A stretch of DNA of 64,000 bases from assembly GCF_037042905.1 (NCBI RefSeq), contig NC_087245.1, forward strand, positions 62,001 to 126,000, read 5' to 3'. Under the pieces are notes generated by a model that saw only the letters and a list, made by a program, of their open reading frames with translations, was not told where the DNA came from and searched no databases. Below, one piece after another: positions 61,549-64,000 of the stretch (its first letter is position 1; each line of letters begins with the position of its first letter). The position numbers and the translations under genes were made by a program. The stretch comes from Lytechinus pictus (Eukaryota).

Positions 61549-62313
61549 GACTACTACTATACCATTGAAGAATTGACGCAGAAATCAAATTTTGTGATAG
61601 ATTTTGTCATAACATACCAATAGGCCTTTATCATGCACCTTTTCCTTTTTTTTTATAACAAGTACGTAGCAAGGAGGCGGTGGGATGATCTTCCCCACCC
61701 TAACTCCCCCCCCCCCCAAAAAAAAAAAAAAAAAAAAAAGAGAAGAGAAACGGTGATAGCGAAGGGGTAAACAATGGCGAAAAAGAAAGCTTTGCGGGAT
61801 TTTCTTTCTCATTCTCTCTAAAATTTAACTTCCGCGCATGTTTGCGAGAAAATCCTTGTTTTTCTCCTTTGTTTACCTTTTCTTTATTACCCCGTTTTTT
61901 CATCTCGGCTATATTGCTAGTTTGTTTTGTGGCGGCATCAAGTTTTAAAGAATAATATTTGGGAACGGAATTGGTATTAAGATTATAGGTCAAAGTATAT
62001 GAAGTCATATTTTATTCAAAATGATCACCAACGTTCCCGATCCTTATAGGTCAGGGTGGTAAACTCTATAATGATAATGCCGTATACCCACAAAGGCTAC
62101 TTCTTCCGTTTTTCAGCTCTTTACTAGTCGGTCATAATTTATTTGGGGACCACGGACGGCCTGTTCCTCATTTAAAAGGGGGAGTTATAAAAATTGTGCC
62201 GTATATATAAAAAAAGAAAGTACAATATTACTATAGAATTATATGGAAGTTTATGTCATCAATCTCCTGTCGTCTAGTTTGCGCCATTAATTAAGTTCCT
62301 AATCATTCAAATA

Positions 62314-62572
62314 CACTGTTAAAATAAATCTAAAATCGCTGTCTACGATGTGAATCACACAGTAATTGTTTAAACAGTTTAAACAAGTATTTAAAATCTT
62401 AAAACACACATTTTAAATTTAAATATTTAATTATCAATAATTAAATTCAAATATTAAATTATCAATGATTTAAACATGATTGTTTAAATTTTAAACACTT
62501 GTTTAAAATGTTTAAACAACTACTATGTAATTCTCACAGTAAACAGCGTTGTTAAAAATATTTTTGACAGTG
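62314..62572. mobile_element. CACTG-terminus (CACTA/EnSpm-like) AT-rich MITE
   Basis: CACTGTTAAAA ... TTTTGACAGTG, TA on both sides, inverted arms. Confidence 0.7.
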
Positions 62573-63585
62573 TAGAAGTGCTCCATATAAATGAGTTCAA
62601 TCAGGGGCGGATCCATGATTTTCCAAAAAGGGGGGCACAGGGCCAATGAAAAATTTGACAAGCAAAAAAAAAAGTTTTTCAACCAAAAATTGAGGATATT
62701 TCGTCCCCGAAAAAAGGGGGGGGGGCAGGTGAGGGGTTGATTATGCTCCTGCCATGCGGTGAATTAAACAACAAATGGTGATTGGTGATTATCGAAGCGG
62801 CAGATTTTTTTTAAAAATTATAATTATATATTAACATCTTGACTTAGCATTTCTTTTTAAAGCAGGCAAAATTGTTTTTAAGTATTTCCTTTTGTTTTAA
62901 AACCATATTCAATCCTTCCTCATTGTTATAACATGTGAAAAAGATAAATAACATGAAATCATTTACGTTATTGAATCAGAATTCATATTTAAGAAAATCA
63001 TAAATTGGTTATTCTAAATGTAAAATTAGAATCCATTTGTAAATATTTGTTGGATTTTTTATAATCACAAAGGGAATAATAATAATAATACAGACTAAAA
63101 AAATTCGGATCTAGAAATCTCTGAATATATTAAAACACAAGCACACTATTGATAAATATTTTTTTCATTTTTAGTATCATTAAATCAAAATAATTTGAGG
63201 AAGTTATATGAAATAAAACACACACCAAGCGAACAGTCACGCTTTACCCCCCCCCTTCCCATAAACAAAGCATAAAAAAGAATGAAAAGGAGAAAGAAAG
63301 AATGAAAAGGAGAAAGAAAGAATATAACAAATGACAACAAAAACTTATCATAAAAACACAAAATGTAACAAAATAAAAATATATATGAAATAAATATTTT
63401 TTTTCATAAATATTTATATAGATCTATTTTTTTCCAAAAAAAAAAAATGAAAATGGTATTGAATTATATGCCTAAATCACGATTTAATTGAATAGAGACG
63501 ACTTGCCGAAAGTTTTCACTCTAATGCATATTCATTAAACTGTGCTGTAAAGGCATGCAGTGACGACATCTTATAAATATTCATA

Positions 63586-63703
63586 TGCGCATGCGCAGAA
63601 TTTTACCTCAAACATGGCGATCTCGCGATTGGAACAAAAGTCCGAAAATTGATGCTCTTTTGAAGGATTTCATGGAATTGTATTCATTATTCTTATTTCA
63701 AAG
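63586..63703 (+). promoter_or_regulatory. Candidate promoter and first exon
   Basis: Perfect NRF1-type TGCGCATGCGCA (63586-63597), YY1-like AACATGGCG, and strong donor AAG|GTAAGC at 63703/63704. Confidence 0.5.
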
Positions 63704-64000
63704 GTAAGCTGATTTAGGAACAGTTTGTTTAGGTAAGATTGATATAACTCGTTAGATTTTTAATTCATTATGATCATCGGTTTTCTAATGCCAAACATCG
63801 CGAAGTTTTGTACTCCGGTGATAATGAGTGGTTGCATTCAGGACCTCGACACTGTCTAAAGACGTGTCGAGGTCCCCGGGGCAAGGGTGTCTGGAGAAAA
63901 AAATTATTTTTCTTATTTCAAGAAAATATCACATTTTCTTTGTGAATTTGAAGAGAAATGACCTTGAGACTGACAGAAATGTAACATTTTTGAAAAAAAT

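Noticed and set aside
63841..63876. GGACCTCGACAC hairpin (also 59706-59736) as a terminator
   Set aside because: Eukaryotic context and no U-tract. Probably short repeat-derived palindromes.

Overview
AT-rich eukaryotic (animal) genomic DNA. The repeat families suggest a sea-urchin-like echinoderm, but that is an inference. The window holds a complete six-exon minus-strand gene for a LKAAEAR-motif protein (LKAAEAR1-like, 54194->17316), the last coding exon and 3' UTR of a convergent plus-strand gene at the left, and candidate first exons and promoters of a divergent plus-strand gene at the right. Most of the rest is transposon-derived. I could delimit many elements by TIRs and TSDs: a decayed Gypsy, a split Penelope, L2 and CR1 LINE fragments, a tRNA-SINE, Helentron-like HINEs, and DNA elements resembling Academ, hAT, Sola2, Kolobok, Harbinger, Tc1, Ginger and Merlin, often nested. 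The most unusual structure is a ~16-copy tandem array made from the end of LKAAEAR1 exon 5 plus its 5' splice donor. No CRISPR, rRNA or intact tRNA genes were found.
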